From a virus (Duplodnaviria > Caudoviricetes), in IMG/VR virus record IMGVR_UViG_3300037882_002449, positions 1 to 35,573 of that record: a stretch of 35,573 nucleotides of DNA. One strand, given 5' to 3'. This document shows positions 20,529-28,835 of this stretch, piece after piece (within the stretch, counting starts at the first letter, position 1; each line of letters starts with the position of its first letter). The notes under the pieces were generated by a model. The model was not told the DNA's origin. It searched no databases and worked only from the letters and a program-made list of their open reading frames with translations. A program made the position numbers and the translations under genes.

Positions 20529-20765
20529 GTGAACCTTTATACTTGCACACCAGCCGACACCCTGCCCTCTCGTCAATGCCGCGAGGTTAGCGTCCTGAAC
20601 AACTCTGGAGCCCCGCTCACCTTGAGTTTTGGCGCTGTAGTTGGCAACGACTACGGCGAGCTTCAAGACGGGCAAAGCGTGGTTTTGGAAGTTCAGAAGA
20701 ACCTGAACGAAATTACGATGTCCGGCTCTGGAGCTGGAAAAGTTACTTTTGTAACCGCGATTTAA
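20529..20765 (+). CDS. Small beta-rich structural protein
   Basis: 78 aa, GTG start, TAATG coupling to the next gene. Confidence 0.55.
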   Translation: MNLYTCTPADTLPSRQCREVSVLNNSGAPLTLSFGAVVGNDYGELQDGQSVVLEVQKNLNEITMSGSGAGKVTFVTAI

Positions 20766-21640
20766 TGAACGCTACACGCTTCAATCGCCCTCTCTTCCAC
20801 AGAAGGCCGCGCTTTAACTTGAGCGCTGCCATTCCATCTAGTGGGCCAAGCGGCCCTCCCGTAGCGCAAAACGTCCGCGCCCGGGGCATGCTGAATAGCC
20901 ATGTCCTCATGGAGTGGCAGGGCTCGGGGCTGTGGGATGTGTATGAGCTAATCTCTGGAGGCTCCATCACCCTGATCACCACAGAGCAAGCTGGTGGAGG
21001 TGGTGGATGGAGCTACTATCCTACCACCACAGGAGAGGACACCCGCTACTGGGTCCTTGCCGCAGGGTCCCCAGCCCCCACCGACGAAGCGAGCTACATG
21101 GCGCGCATTTTGGGTGTGGCCGCTGGCCCAGTGAATATGCCCAGCCCTAGCGTAATTACAGGCACCAGCTCGTTATCTGCTGAGGTTACAGGAGGATTAG
21201 GCATCCCCGAGTTGTGTTGGGTGTATGTCTCCTACGCTTCAGGGGCAAACCCGCCTGACCCGCAAGCATACACTGGCAGCACTAGAACCTGGAGCTGTGC
21301 GCAAAATGCAGGCAGCGCCACAGCGAGCCTATACATATCCCTGGTGTGTGAGGAATGGGGAGCATGGCCGAACCAAAGTCTTCTTGCAGAGGCCTGGATT
21401 GACTACGCCGGATCGATGAACAGCTACTGCGAAGGTTTTGACAAAATCTATGTCGAGGCCAGTGGCTACGGTCAGACTGCCGAAACGGGGCGTGACGTGA
21501 ATTCAACCGAGTGCGGATACACCCCACCCGATGAGCCTCCACCAGAGCCTCCTGTAGACCCAGACAATGACGGTGACGGAGTGCCCGCCAGCAGCGACCC
21601 CGACGACAACGACCCTAACAACCCTAACGGGCAGCCATGA
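20765..21640 (+). CDS. Putative tail/receptor-binding or surface protein with acidic Ca-binding-like C-terminus
   Basis: G/S/T/W-rich beta content; C-terminal DPDNDGDGVPASSDPDDNDPNNP. Confidence 0.5.
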   Translation: MNATRFNRPLFHRRPRFNLSAAIPSSGPSGPPVAQNVRARGMLNSHVLMEWQGSGLWDVYELISGGSITLITTEQAGGGGGWSYYPTTTGEDTRYWVLAAGSPAPTDEASYMARILGVAAGPVNMPSPSVITGTSSLSAEVTGGLGIPELCWVYVSYASGANPPDPQAYTGSTRTWSCAQNAGSATASLYISLVCEEWGAWPNQSLLAEAWIDYAGSMNSYCEGFDKIYVEASGYGQTAETGRDVNSTECGYTPPDEPPPEPPVDPDNDGDGVPASSDPDDNDPNNPNGQP

Positions 21641-21722
21641 CCATAGACGCCATCAACGCGCTTTAACAATTCGCAGTTGCCCTAGCCACCAAGCTAGGAC
21701 TTAATCCGCCCCCAGCGTAAAT

Positions 21723-22250
21723 ATGCAACTCACAGAAGGTCAAATTCTATACGGACTAGGAGGGCTTGTCGGCGCTCTGGTTTTCATCTGGAAGCTCATG
21801 GATTCCAGGCTTGAAAAACGTATAGAAGCCTTGGAAGCAGCCCTAGAGGAGAAGGACGCTCAGCTTGAAGAGCTACGGAAACAGGTGAACGAGCTAAGCC
21901 CGAAGGCCGCGCTGCTCACTCTCTGCCCAGAGAAGAGATGCCCCATGAAACCCCCCGGCCAGTGGACGGGGGCAGTGGGGAAGGCGGGCGTTGTTCTTCT
22001 GCTTTGCTTCCTCTCTTCATGCGTTGGCTACCGGAAGACAGCGAGCACTGAAACGCTAGTAGGTATCGGCATGGACGCGGATAAAGTGGAGCTTGCCAGT
22101 GGCGCCAGCATCACGGGCATGAACACCAGCCGAGCCATGAAGGACGGGGCGCAAGCCATCAAAGACCTCACACGTATGAGGCTTAACACCAACATAGTCA
22201 CCAGCGGAATCAAAGCCGCGCAGAACGTGACAACGGACGCAGTCAAATAG
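21723..22250 (+). CDS. Membrane protein: N-terminal TM + coiled coil + internal lipoprotein-like signal (lysis accessory/spanin-like)
   Basis: TM aa 8-23, coiled coil aa 28-58, VVLLLCFLSSC lipobox-like motif at aa 90-100. Confidence 0.55.
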   Translation: MQLTEGQILYGLGGLVGALVFIWKLMDSRLEKRIEALEAALEEKDAQLEELRKQVNELSPKAALLTLCPEKRCPMKPPGQWTGAVGKAGVVLLLCFLSSCVGYRKTASTETLVGIGMDADKVELASGASITGMNTSRAMKDGAQAIKDLTRMRLNTNIVTSGIKAAQNVTTDAVK

Positions 22251-22440
22251 CACTAGCGGAAATTCAAAGGATGCTTAGAATGCAAACGCGGACTCCTCAG
22301 CAATGGCGAATGGAACAAACCGCACCCCCTCCAATGCTTTATTCTTGGGGCAAGATGGGCAGTAACAGGGGCTTCACTTTCTTATGAGCCACCCTTTCCA
22401 GTCAGATTCAGTTAAGCGACCCAAACACCCCGTAACAGCT

Positions 22441-22662
22441 ATGACCCTCATTGAAACACTTGTCTCGACGCATAAAGGATGGATGGCACGGCAGGTGCTG
22501 AAATACGCCACCCAGGGCGGGGTGTGGCTCACTGCTTACTTGAGCGGCCTCGGCTTGCAGCTCGACAGGCCGGAAGCCATCGCCGCGGCAGCTGGCACAC
22601 TAGGCGTTGCCCTGCTGGAGATGGTGCTTTCTAAGGCCGCGAGTAAAATCGCCGCTCGATAG
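22441..22662 (+). CDS. Putative holin
   Basis: 73 aa from ATG 22441, two hydrophobic segments, basic tail; inside the lysis cluster. Confidence 0.5.
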   Translation: MTLIETLVSTHKGWMARQVLKYATQGGVWLTAYLSGLGLQLDRPEAIAAAAGTLGVALLEMVLSKAASKIAAR

Positions 22663-22663
22663 T

Positions 22664-23158
22664 ATGGTCATCACATGGAGATTGGACGTCCAAAGTGTGC
22701 CGGAGCAATACCCGGCTCAGCTTGTCCGATCTCGCATGGAAGACTGTCTGCGCAGGCTCAGCCGCTCCACACACTGGCGGCTAAGGTTTGCGTATGGCCC
22801 AAGCTCTCCATTGGCTCAAAGGGATGTTGTTTTTCGTTTCGCCGAGCTACCAGAGCAGCGCGCAGCTTATACGCAGAAAGTGGCGGACTGGGCCGCATTG
22901 GTGAGCTTTAGCACGCTGAAGCGCTGGGACATTACCACCTTTCAGCGCTGGCTTAACTCAGGCACGAACTTGGAAACGTTCGTCCTGCACGAAATGGGCC
23001 ACGTGGTGGGCTTGCGACACACCCAGAACACGCGCTCCATCATGGCGGCTCACCCGCCCCTAACAAAGGAGCTTCACAGTTCAGATGCGGCAGTGTGGCG
23101 CTCATACATACGAAAGCTTGACGGGCAGGCTAGGACAACGCAAGGGCTCATCGCATGA
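22664..23158 (+). CDS. Matrixin-like (M10 metzincin) metalloprotease
   Basis: HEMGHVVGLRH zinc motif followed by SIM Met-turn. Confidence 0.88.
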   Translation: MVITWRLDVQSVPEQYPAQLVRSRMEDCLRRLSRSTHWRLRFAYGPSSPLAQRDVVFRFAELPEQRAAYTQKVADWAALVSFSTLKRWDITTFQRWLNSGTNLETFVLHEMGHVVGLRHTQNTRSIMAAHPPLTKELHSSDAAVWRSYIRKLDGQARTTQGLIA

Positions 23159-23757
23159 AGAAGCCAACAGCTAACGAGCTAGCCAAGTCCCTCCTAGCGA
23201 AGGCTTCCGCCTTCGACGGCATGAAGGAGATAGTCTCAAATGCCCACTGGGACGACCCTTTAACAAAGGCCCGCGACCAAGATAGAGACGTGTGGCTGAG
23301 AACCCGAATGCGCGAGGTGAAAGGCTGGACCCCCGGCGCTCCATACTGCGCGGCTTTCGTCGGTGCTGTAGTGTGCGCGGTGGCTGAGGAGCACGGGCTA
23401 AGCGCCAAAGCTTTTTTGAGCCTCTGGACTGCCCATTGCATGACCAACTTTCGAGGTTTTCTGAAGCGTGGGCTCATCCACACTTACCCGGTGCCGGGCT
23501 CGATCTGGCTTTGTCAGCAGGGGGCCACTGACTCAGGGCACACGGGTTTCGTGGAAAGCGTGAGCGGGTTTAGCCCGTATTCGTTGGCCACAATAGAGGG
23601 CAACACCTCAGACGGAAGCACGGACAACACCGGGGATGGCATTTGCCGAAGGAAGCGGCACCGGGAGAAAAACGGCAAGCTCAACACCCGTGGCTTCATC
23701 CACACTGAGCACCTTCTCAAATTGCTTGCGCCAGCAGGGAAAAGCACGACACTGTAG
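23155..23757 (+). CDS. CHAP-domain endolysin
   Basis: PYCAAFV (catalytic Cys), GHTGFV (His), TIEGNT. Confidence 0.88.
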   Translation: MKKPTANELAKSLLAKASAFDGMKEIVSNAHWDDPLTKARDQDRDVWLRTRMREVKGWTPGAPYCAAFVGAVVCAVAEEHGLSAKAFLSLWTAHCMTNFRGFLKRGLIHTYPVPGSIWLCQQGATDSGHTGFVESVSGFSPYSLATIEGNTSDGSTDNTGDGICRRKRHREKNGKLNTRGFIHTEHLLKLLAPAGKSTTL

Positions 23758-23806
23758 CAGCGTGTTTCCGGTGTCATGGCCGGAGAGTTGGCGCTCGACA
23801 CGCTAG

Positions 23807-23837
23807 GAGCTGCCCCCAAAAAGGGCAGCTCTTTTTT
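23807..23837 (+). terminator. Rho-independent terminator ending the late operon
   Basis: GAGCTGCCC-CCAAAAA-GGGCAGCTC then TTTTTT. Confidence 0.9.
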
Positions 23838-23858
23838 GTGCAAATGTTTCTTTTTCGC

Positions 23859-23886
23859 TTGCGCCCTTCTCATTCGTCACTACATT
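23859..23886 (+). promoter_or_regulatory. Putative early promoter
   Basis: TTGCGC-16 nt-TACATT just after the terminator and before the early genes. Confidence 0.5.
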
Positions 23887-23915
23887 GGCGTTGCCCAGCC
23901 AACGGGCTTTTTACC

Positions 23916-24500
23916 ATGACAACACTCGACGAATACAAGGCCGTTTTAACGGCAGACCTCGCCACTCTTAACGAGCAGGCAAGAGGCACAGAAGACTACT
24001 TCAAAGGAGAAGTCAAAGTCTCCTATGATGAAAAAGGCAATGAGACGGCGGAAGCCGCTCTTCTTATTTACTGGCAGGGCCACGGACCAGACGAAAGCGT
24101 TTACTTGGAGGCTGCGCCAAAAGCCCAGCACTACAAACACCACCTCTGGGAATGGGAATGGAGACGCTGCCAGCTAAGTCTAAAGCTTAACGGAAGGCAG
24201 ATCGTGTCTTTTGAGGACACAATTTCAGGCGGCATGAACGATGGAGAGGAGGCCGCAAACTTGCTTGAGGCCACCACCCTCCGTGACCTCTGGGAGCTCG
24301 CCGCTTTGCGCATCGCCGAGAGCGAGGAAATGGGGCCAGACTATGCCGACTGGCTCATTGAGCAGAGCCATGAAGAACTTAGCCCCATTCCATACGATGA
24401 GCTTCTTCTTCCAGACGATTTAGAGACTAGAGATCATCTTTACGGCGCTCTTTACAATGAGTTGAGAAAGCAGAACAGACCCCATAACTACAACGACTAA
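23916..24500 (+). CDS. Acidic hypothetical early protein
   Basis: ORF from ATG 23916, very D/E-rich. Confidence 0.6.
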   Translation: MTTLDEYKAVLTADLATLNEQARGTEDYFKGEVKVSYDEKGNETAEAALLIYWQGHGPDESVYLEAAPKAQHYKHHLWEWEWRRCQLSLKLNGRQIVSFEDTISGGMNDGEEAANLLEATTLRDLWELAALRIAESEEMGPDYADWLIEQSHEELSPIPYDELLLPDDLETRDHLYGALYNELRKQNRPHNYND

Positions 24501-24501
24501 C

Positions 24502-24711
24502 ATGCACCCGCTAACCATCATCCTTCCTATCGTGTTTGTCCTGCTAGCCTGCTGGCTAGTCTGGACAAGCCAGACAGCGCAAGACGCCTTGCACACAGCG
24601 CGAGTCAACCGCGCAGCTAAACGCCGCCGCTTGCGTCTCCTGGACGCCCGCGCTCTCCGCGCTCAGCTCATCATCACCACCATTGCTAACACACGCCTTC
24701 CCCTAAACTAA
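24502..24711 (+). CDS. Small membrane protein
   Basis: N-terminal TM LTIILPIVFVLLACWLVW, basic tail. Confidence 0.6.
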   Translation: MHPLTIILPIVFVLLACWLVWTSQTAQDALHTARVNRAAKRRRLRLLDARALRAQLIITTIANTRLPLN

Positions 24712-24713
24712 CC

Positions 24714-25502
24714 ATGAACGAACTAGCCAAGCCCTCAGCTCTGGCCACACTTGCAGCCCGCTTTAACATGGAGCCGATGAAGCTCCACAACACGCTAAAG
24801 CAGACCGTCTTCAAAGACTGCCGCTCTGATGAAGAGTTTGCAGCCTTGGTTATTGTAGCCAATGAGTACGGGCTCAACCCACTCACAAAGGAGTTGTATG
24901 CCTTCCCAGCCAAGGGGGGCGGCATCGTTCCCGTGGTGAGTGTGGACGGATGGATAAACCTCATGAACTCACACCCGCAATTCGACGGCATAGAGTTTGA
25001 GGACGCATTTACGGAAGGAAAGCCGTTCTCAGTGACAGCCACCGTTTACCGGAAGGATAGGACGAGGCCAACACGTGTGACGGAGTATTACTCTGAGTGC
25101 AGCCGAAACACAGACCCGTGGAAGACAGCGCCCTGCCGGATGCTGAGGCACAAAGCGCTGATCCAGTGCGTACGCGTGGCTTTCGGCTTCTCTGGCATAC
25201 ACGACGAAGACGAAGCGCGCTCCATCGCAGGCCGAGTCATTGAAGCGCAGCCAGTGCCTGCGCAGGTCCCCTTGTTCCAGGAGCCCTCAGCGGTAGCCAA
25301 GCCACAAAGCAAAGCAGACATGAAAGCTCAGCTTCTGTCCGCTATTGAAGCTTCAGGAACAACGCTTCCGGCTTTCTCCGCAGTCTGCCGCGAAAATGGC
25401 ATCTGGAGAAACGATTGGGAAAACCTCACCGGCCAAGAGCTGGCCGATTCGCTAGAGAAAGTTGCCGAGATCGTTCAACTCACAGGGGAGGGCGCGGAAT
25501 GA
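24714..25502 (+). CDS. bet: Single-strand annealing recombinase, Red-beta/RecT family
   Basis: ANEYGLNPLTKELYAFP, IVPVVSVDGW, RMLRHKALIQCVRVAFGFSGIHDEDE. Confidence 0.95.
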   Translation: MNELAKPSALATLAARFNMEPMKLHNTLKQTVFKDCRSDEEFAALVIVANEYGLNPLTKELYAFPAKGGGIVPVVSVDGWINLMNSHPQFDGIEFEDAFTEGKPFSVTATVYRKDRTRPTRVTEYYSECSRNTDPWKTAPCRMLRHKALIQCVRVAFGFSGIHDEDEARSIAGRVIEAQPVPAQVPLFQEPSAVAKPQSKADMKAQLLSAIEASGTTLPAFSAVCRENGIWRNDWENLTGQELADSLEKVAEIVQLTGEGAE

Positions 25503-25891
25503 TCGACCTGCCCGCTATACAATCGCAAGTGGCATCTGCCCTGCAAATGAGCCCTCTAGTTCTAGCTACAGGCGGGAGCTGGATGGCTCGTAGGGGCCGC
25601 GCCGTAGTATCCTGGCTACTTCACCACTGCCACGGAATGCGCTATGTGGACATTGGCAGACTGTGCGGCATCTCATGCCAACTGGCGAGGATGCACTGCG
25701 TTAACATCGTCCGCGAGGCTAACCGCAACGAGGAGCTTCAGAAGCAGCTGGCTGGGCTTGCCCTTGACTCGAAGCCCAAGACCAAGACTGACTTGGAACT
25801 TATGTTCTACGCCGCCCAGCCACAGGCCGGAGAAACCTCGGAAGACGCGAAGAAAAGACTTGTTTCTTTGTTTCTTTCGTTTAACTTCTAG
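25499..25891 (+). CDS. HTH protein resembling DnaA C-terminal domain
   Basis: ATGA overlap; R.RAVVSWLL....GMRYVDIGRLCG. Confidence 0.5.
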   Translation: MIDLPAIQSQVASALQMSPLVLATGGSWMARRGRAVVSWLLHHCHGMRYVDIGRLCGISCQLARMHCVNIVREANRNEELQKQLAGLALDSKPKTKTDLELMFYAAQPQAGETSEDAKKRLVSLFLSFNF

Positions 25892-25915
25892 CTGCCAACT
25901 CAACCACCGATTACC

Positions 25916-27067
25916 ATGACAGACCCACGTAGAGGCTTGCCTAGCGCGAGCAGTATTCACAGACTAGAGAAGTGCCCCGGTAGCTGGGCGTTTTGCCAAG
26001 GCCGGACGAGCAAAGAAACGGAAGACGCAAGCTCTGGAACCCGCATACACGCGGCCCTAGAGAGTAACGACCCAAGCCAGCTTTCCGCTTCCGAGCGGGA
26101 GTCGTTTGACATGTGCGGCAGAGGTGCGGGCAAAGTGCTGAGCAAATGGCTGGACGAAAGTCCTATTGGCGCAATTGCCGAGGCTAGAGAAACCCGCCTT
26201 GGCCTTACCGCCTTAGGCGGAGTAGTGGAGGTGAAACCCGACACTACAGCCAAGCTCGTTTTCACCGGACAAGCGGACGTGATAATAAGCATGGACGCGC
26301 ACGCCTTGGTCATCGACTACAAGACAGGCAGGGGAGATTACGACAGCGCGGAGACAAACAGCCAGCTAAGAGCCTTGGCTTACCTAGTCCACAAGCACCT
26401 CAGAGTGGATTCTGCACGCGTTGCCCTTGTTCAGCCTTGGGTAGGACAGCCCACAGTCGCAGACTTTGACGCCGAGACGCTGAAGCAGGCTGGCCAATAC
26501 TTGCACCACGTCCTGGCCGAGAGTCGCAAGCCAGACGCCCCCCTGATAGCAGGCGACCATTGCAAATTCTGCCCCGCGCTGGCAGATTGCCCAGCAGTGA
26601 GGGAGAAGGCAATCGGCATAGCGCATCGCCACGCTAGCGGCTTGCCGGACACGCCGAAGGAGGCACGCGCCAAGATGTTTGGCCGCGCAATGCACCTTCC
26701 AGCAGCGGAGCACGCGCAGCTTGTGAAAGAAATGAAGCTTCTGGAGTTGTTCCGTGGTGCAGTGCTCGACGCAGCAAAGGAGAAGGCCGGGTCTGATCCA
26801 GAATTTCAGCAATTCTACCGACTGAAAAAGGGCGTAGTGCGCGAGAAAGTGACCAACGTGCAGCTTGTCTTTGAGAGGCTGTCAGCTATGGGCATCGACG
26901 CCCCAGCTTTTGCAGATGCCTGCACAGTGACTAAGGACGCATTGAAGGAGCTTCTAGCCGATAGGCTGGGGCTCAAAGGGAAAGCGCTAACCGATGCAAT
27001 GTCTTTAGCGCTAGACGGAGCCACAGAGAAAACAGAATCAGCTCAACAACTGGAGGAAGTAGAATGA
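25916..27067 (+). CDS. PD-(D/E)XK Cas4-like exonuclease (DUF2800-like)
   Basis: SASS..R..KCPGS, GTRIHA, GQAD...IDYKTG, QL..LA, GDHCKFCPA...CP. Confidence 0.88.
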   Translation: MTDPRRGLPSASSIHRLEKCPGSWAFCQGRTSKETEDASSGTRIHAALESNDPSQLSASERESFDMCGRGAGKVLSKWLDESPIGAIAEARETRLGLTALGGVVEVKPDTTAKLVFTGQADVIISMDAHALVIDYKTGRGDYDSAETNSQLRALAYLVHKHLRVDSARVALVQPWVGQPTVADFDAETLKQAGQYLHHVLAESRKPDAPLIAGDHCKFCPALADCPAVREKAIGIAHRHASGLPDTPKEARAKMFGRAMHLPAAEHAQLVKEMKLLELFRGAVLDAAKEKAGSDPEFQQFYRLKKGVVREKVTNVQLVFERLSAMGIDAPAFADACTVTKDALKELLADRLGLKGKALTDAMSLALDGATEKTESAQQLEEVE

Positions 27068-27411
27068 AAAAACGAGCCGTTAAATTTGCGCTGAAACGCG
27101 CAGCGGCGCCCCAGATTGGCACACTGTTTGCCAAGCTCCTCGCTCACCACGGCCTGCCTTTGCCCGAAGCAGAGCATCGCTTTTGCGAGCGCAGATGGCG
27201 TTTTGATTACGCTTGGCCAGCCCAGAAGGTGGCCCTTGAAGTGGAGGGCGGAATTTACACGCGAGGCCGACACGTGAGGCCCAAGGGCTTCCTTAACGAC
27301 ATGAAGAAATACAACCGCGCCACGGTGTTAGGCTGGCGGCTAGTGCGCTGTACGCCTAGCGAGCTATGCGGCATGGAGACACTGGAAATGCTAAAGGAGA
27401 TACTGAGATGA
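27064..27411 (+). CDS. Restriction-endonuclease-fold nuclease (DUF559/Vsr-like)
   Basis: EHRF...RWRFDYAWP..KVALEVEGG....GRH...D..KYN.A...GW. Confidence 0.85.
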   Translation: MKKRAVKFALKRAAAPQIGTLFAKLLAHHGLPLPEAEHRFCERRWRFDYAWPAQKVALEVEGGIYTRGRHVRPKGFLNDMKKYNRATVLGWRLVRCTPSELCGMETLEMLKEILR

Positions 27412-27623
27412 ATCCCTTTCTTGAAGAGCTAAAGAAGCTCTCCGAAAAATGGAGAAAGGACGGCTTAGCCCATGCTAAGCTTTTCCCCACGCCAGAAGGA
27501 TCAAGGCCTAATGAACTAACCGCAGCCCAGCTCTCGGCAGGATGCGTTTGCTCGTCGCTCCGAGTGTGCGCCCATGAATTAGAGCAGGCAGTCAGCAAAG
27601 AGGAAAAAAGATTAAAGCTATGA
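27408..27623 (+). CDS. Hypothetical protein
   Basis: ATGA overlap with the upstream stop; helical 71 aa. Confidence 0.55.
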   Translation: MNPFLEELKKLSEKWRKDGLAHAKLFPTPEGSRPNELTAAQLSAGCVCSSLRVCAHELEQAVSKEEKRLKL

Positions 27624-27857
27624 CACCTGAAGAAGAGATTGAATTTTTGCAGCAGTGCGGATGGAAGCTATTGGGTCACTACGACCCCCCACCCGAGCCG
27701 CGTTTATTACGCGCGGATCAACAGCCGACGAGGCCGCATTTCGCCTGCACAACCATTGCCTTCCTCCCAAGCTGGAGGACGTGCTAGCTTGCGTCCCACG
27801 CCTGCTTGCCGCTTGGGAGGCAGTCGCCAATTTCCCACACCCAACCGCCCCCACACC

Positions 27858-28235
27858 ATGCCAGGACTAAGTATCTCAGTTGAACTCGACAGCATTCAAG
27901 GATTCACCGCGAAACGCGGATGGGTAGCCTTTGACCTCAGCAAAGCCCGCATCACCATTGGCAGAAACGGCAAACACTACCTAAGCCTTGACGCCATCGA
28001 GAAGAAGCAGCCCGACGATTGGGGCAACACCCATTTCATCAAAGAGGCATCTACCAAGGATGAGCGGACGAACAAAGTGGAGCTGCCATTCTGCGGAAAG
28101 GGGAAAGCTTTTGGCAATCAGCAACAGCAGCGCCAGCAGACTGCCCCCCAGCAGCGCAGCCCCCAGAAGGCTATGCAGCGCGGAGGCTGGGAAAAAGACG
28201 AAACAGCAAACGACGACTCGGAAATTCCCTTCTAG
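27858..28235 (+). CDS. Single-stranded DNA-binding protein (phage type)
   Basis: Beta-rich core, Gln-rich linker, acidic tail DDSEIPF; start at ATG 27858. Confidence 0.75.
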   Translation: MPGLSISVELDSIQGFTAKRGWVAFDLSKARITIGRNGKHYLSLDAIEKKQPDDWGNTHFIKEASTKDERTNKVELPFCGKGKAFGNQQQQRQQTAPQQRSPQKAMQRGGWEKDETANDDSEIPF

Positions 28236-28239
28236 CCAT

Positions 28240-28551
28240 ATGCCTCATTACCTAAACACGCCCACGCACTGGCAGCGCTGCGAAGTGCGGGCCATGATGC
28301 TGCCGCTTGCCCGTGTTGCCTACATCACGCCGGAGGGGAGGCGAGTAGTGGAGGAGGTGCAGGCTAGGCGCATCATCGACGCCGAGCGCTACCCGCAGCC
28401 CACCAAACACCACCTGCTCGCCTATCTGGAGGCTCTGGAAGGGGGCGCCCAGCGCATCCTGCACACTGTGGGCAGTCGCCCTTCAGCTATCTGGCAGGCT
28501 AGGCTTGACCTTGAGCACGTTGAGGAGCTGAGGAATAGCATTAACACTTGA
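28240..28551 (+). CDS. Hypothetical protein
   Basis: ATG 4 nt after the SSB stop, 103 aa. Confidence 0.55.
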   Translation: MPHYLNTPTHWQRCEVRAMMLPLARVAYITPEGRRVVEEVQARRIIDAERYPQPTKHHLLAYLEALEGGAQRILHTVGSRPSAIWQARLDLEHVEELRNSINT

Positions 28552-28575
28552 CCGCAACCCGTAGCCTTGTAGTCT
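28548..28575 (+). promoter_or_regulatory. Putative promoter for replication operon
   Basis: TTGACC-16 nt-TAGTCT. Confidence 0.55.
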
Positions 28576-28595
28576 GCCCTTGTTATCAGCGCGCC

Positions 28596-28687
28596 TGAAT
28601 CCCGCCCTGCTTACCGTAAAACTCTTTGCCGCTCTGGTGCTGTCTTCTTTGGGAGATGGCGGATTCAACCAGAGCGGCCTTTTTTTT
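28596..28687 (+). promoter_or_regulatory. Structured leader / attenuator-like element
   Basis: GCCGCTCTGGT (28628-38) pairs ACCAGAGCGGC (28668-78) followed by T8; internal hairpin; alternative pairing 28596-606 with 28658-67. Confidence 0.6.
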
Positions 28688-28691
28688 GTGC

Positions 28692-28835
28692 ATGAAACTA
28701 GAGAAGATAGAAACAGGCTACGCGCTACCTGCTCAGATGGGTTTTAGCGTAGAGGATACCATTGTTTTCCATGAGTCAGAGGCCGGAAGGTTTATGGAAG
28801 CTCTGAACCTAGTTGTTAAGGAGGGGTTGAAATGA
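28692..28835 (+). CDS. Small hypothetical protein (47 aa)
   Basis: ATG 28692; ATGA-coupled to the replication gene. Confidence 0.55.
   Translation: MKLEKIETGYALPAQMGFSVEDTIVFHESEAGRFMEALNLVVKEGLK

Noticed and set aside
27620-27870. Gene between 27623 and the SSB
   Set aside because: Candidate frames (ATG 27620 about 55 aa; 27655-27870; 5' extension of 27639) conflict around a C6 run and none could be supported.
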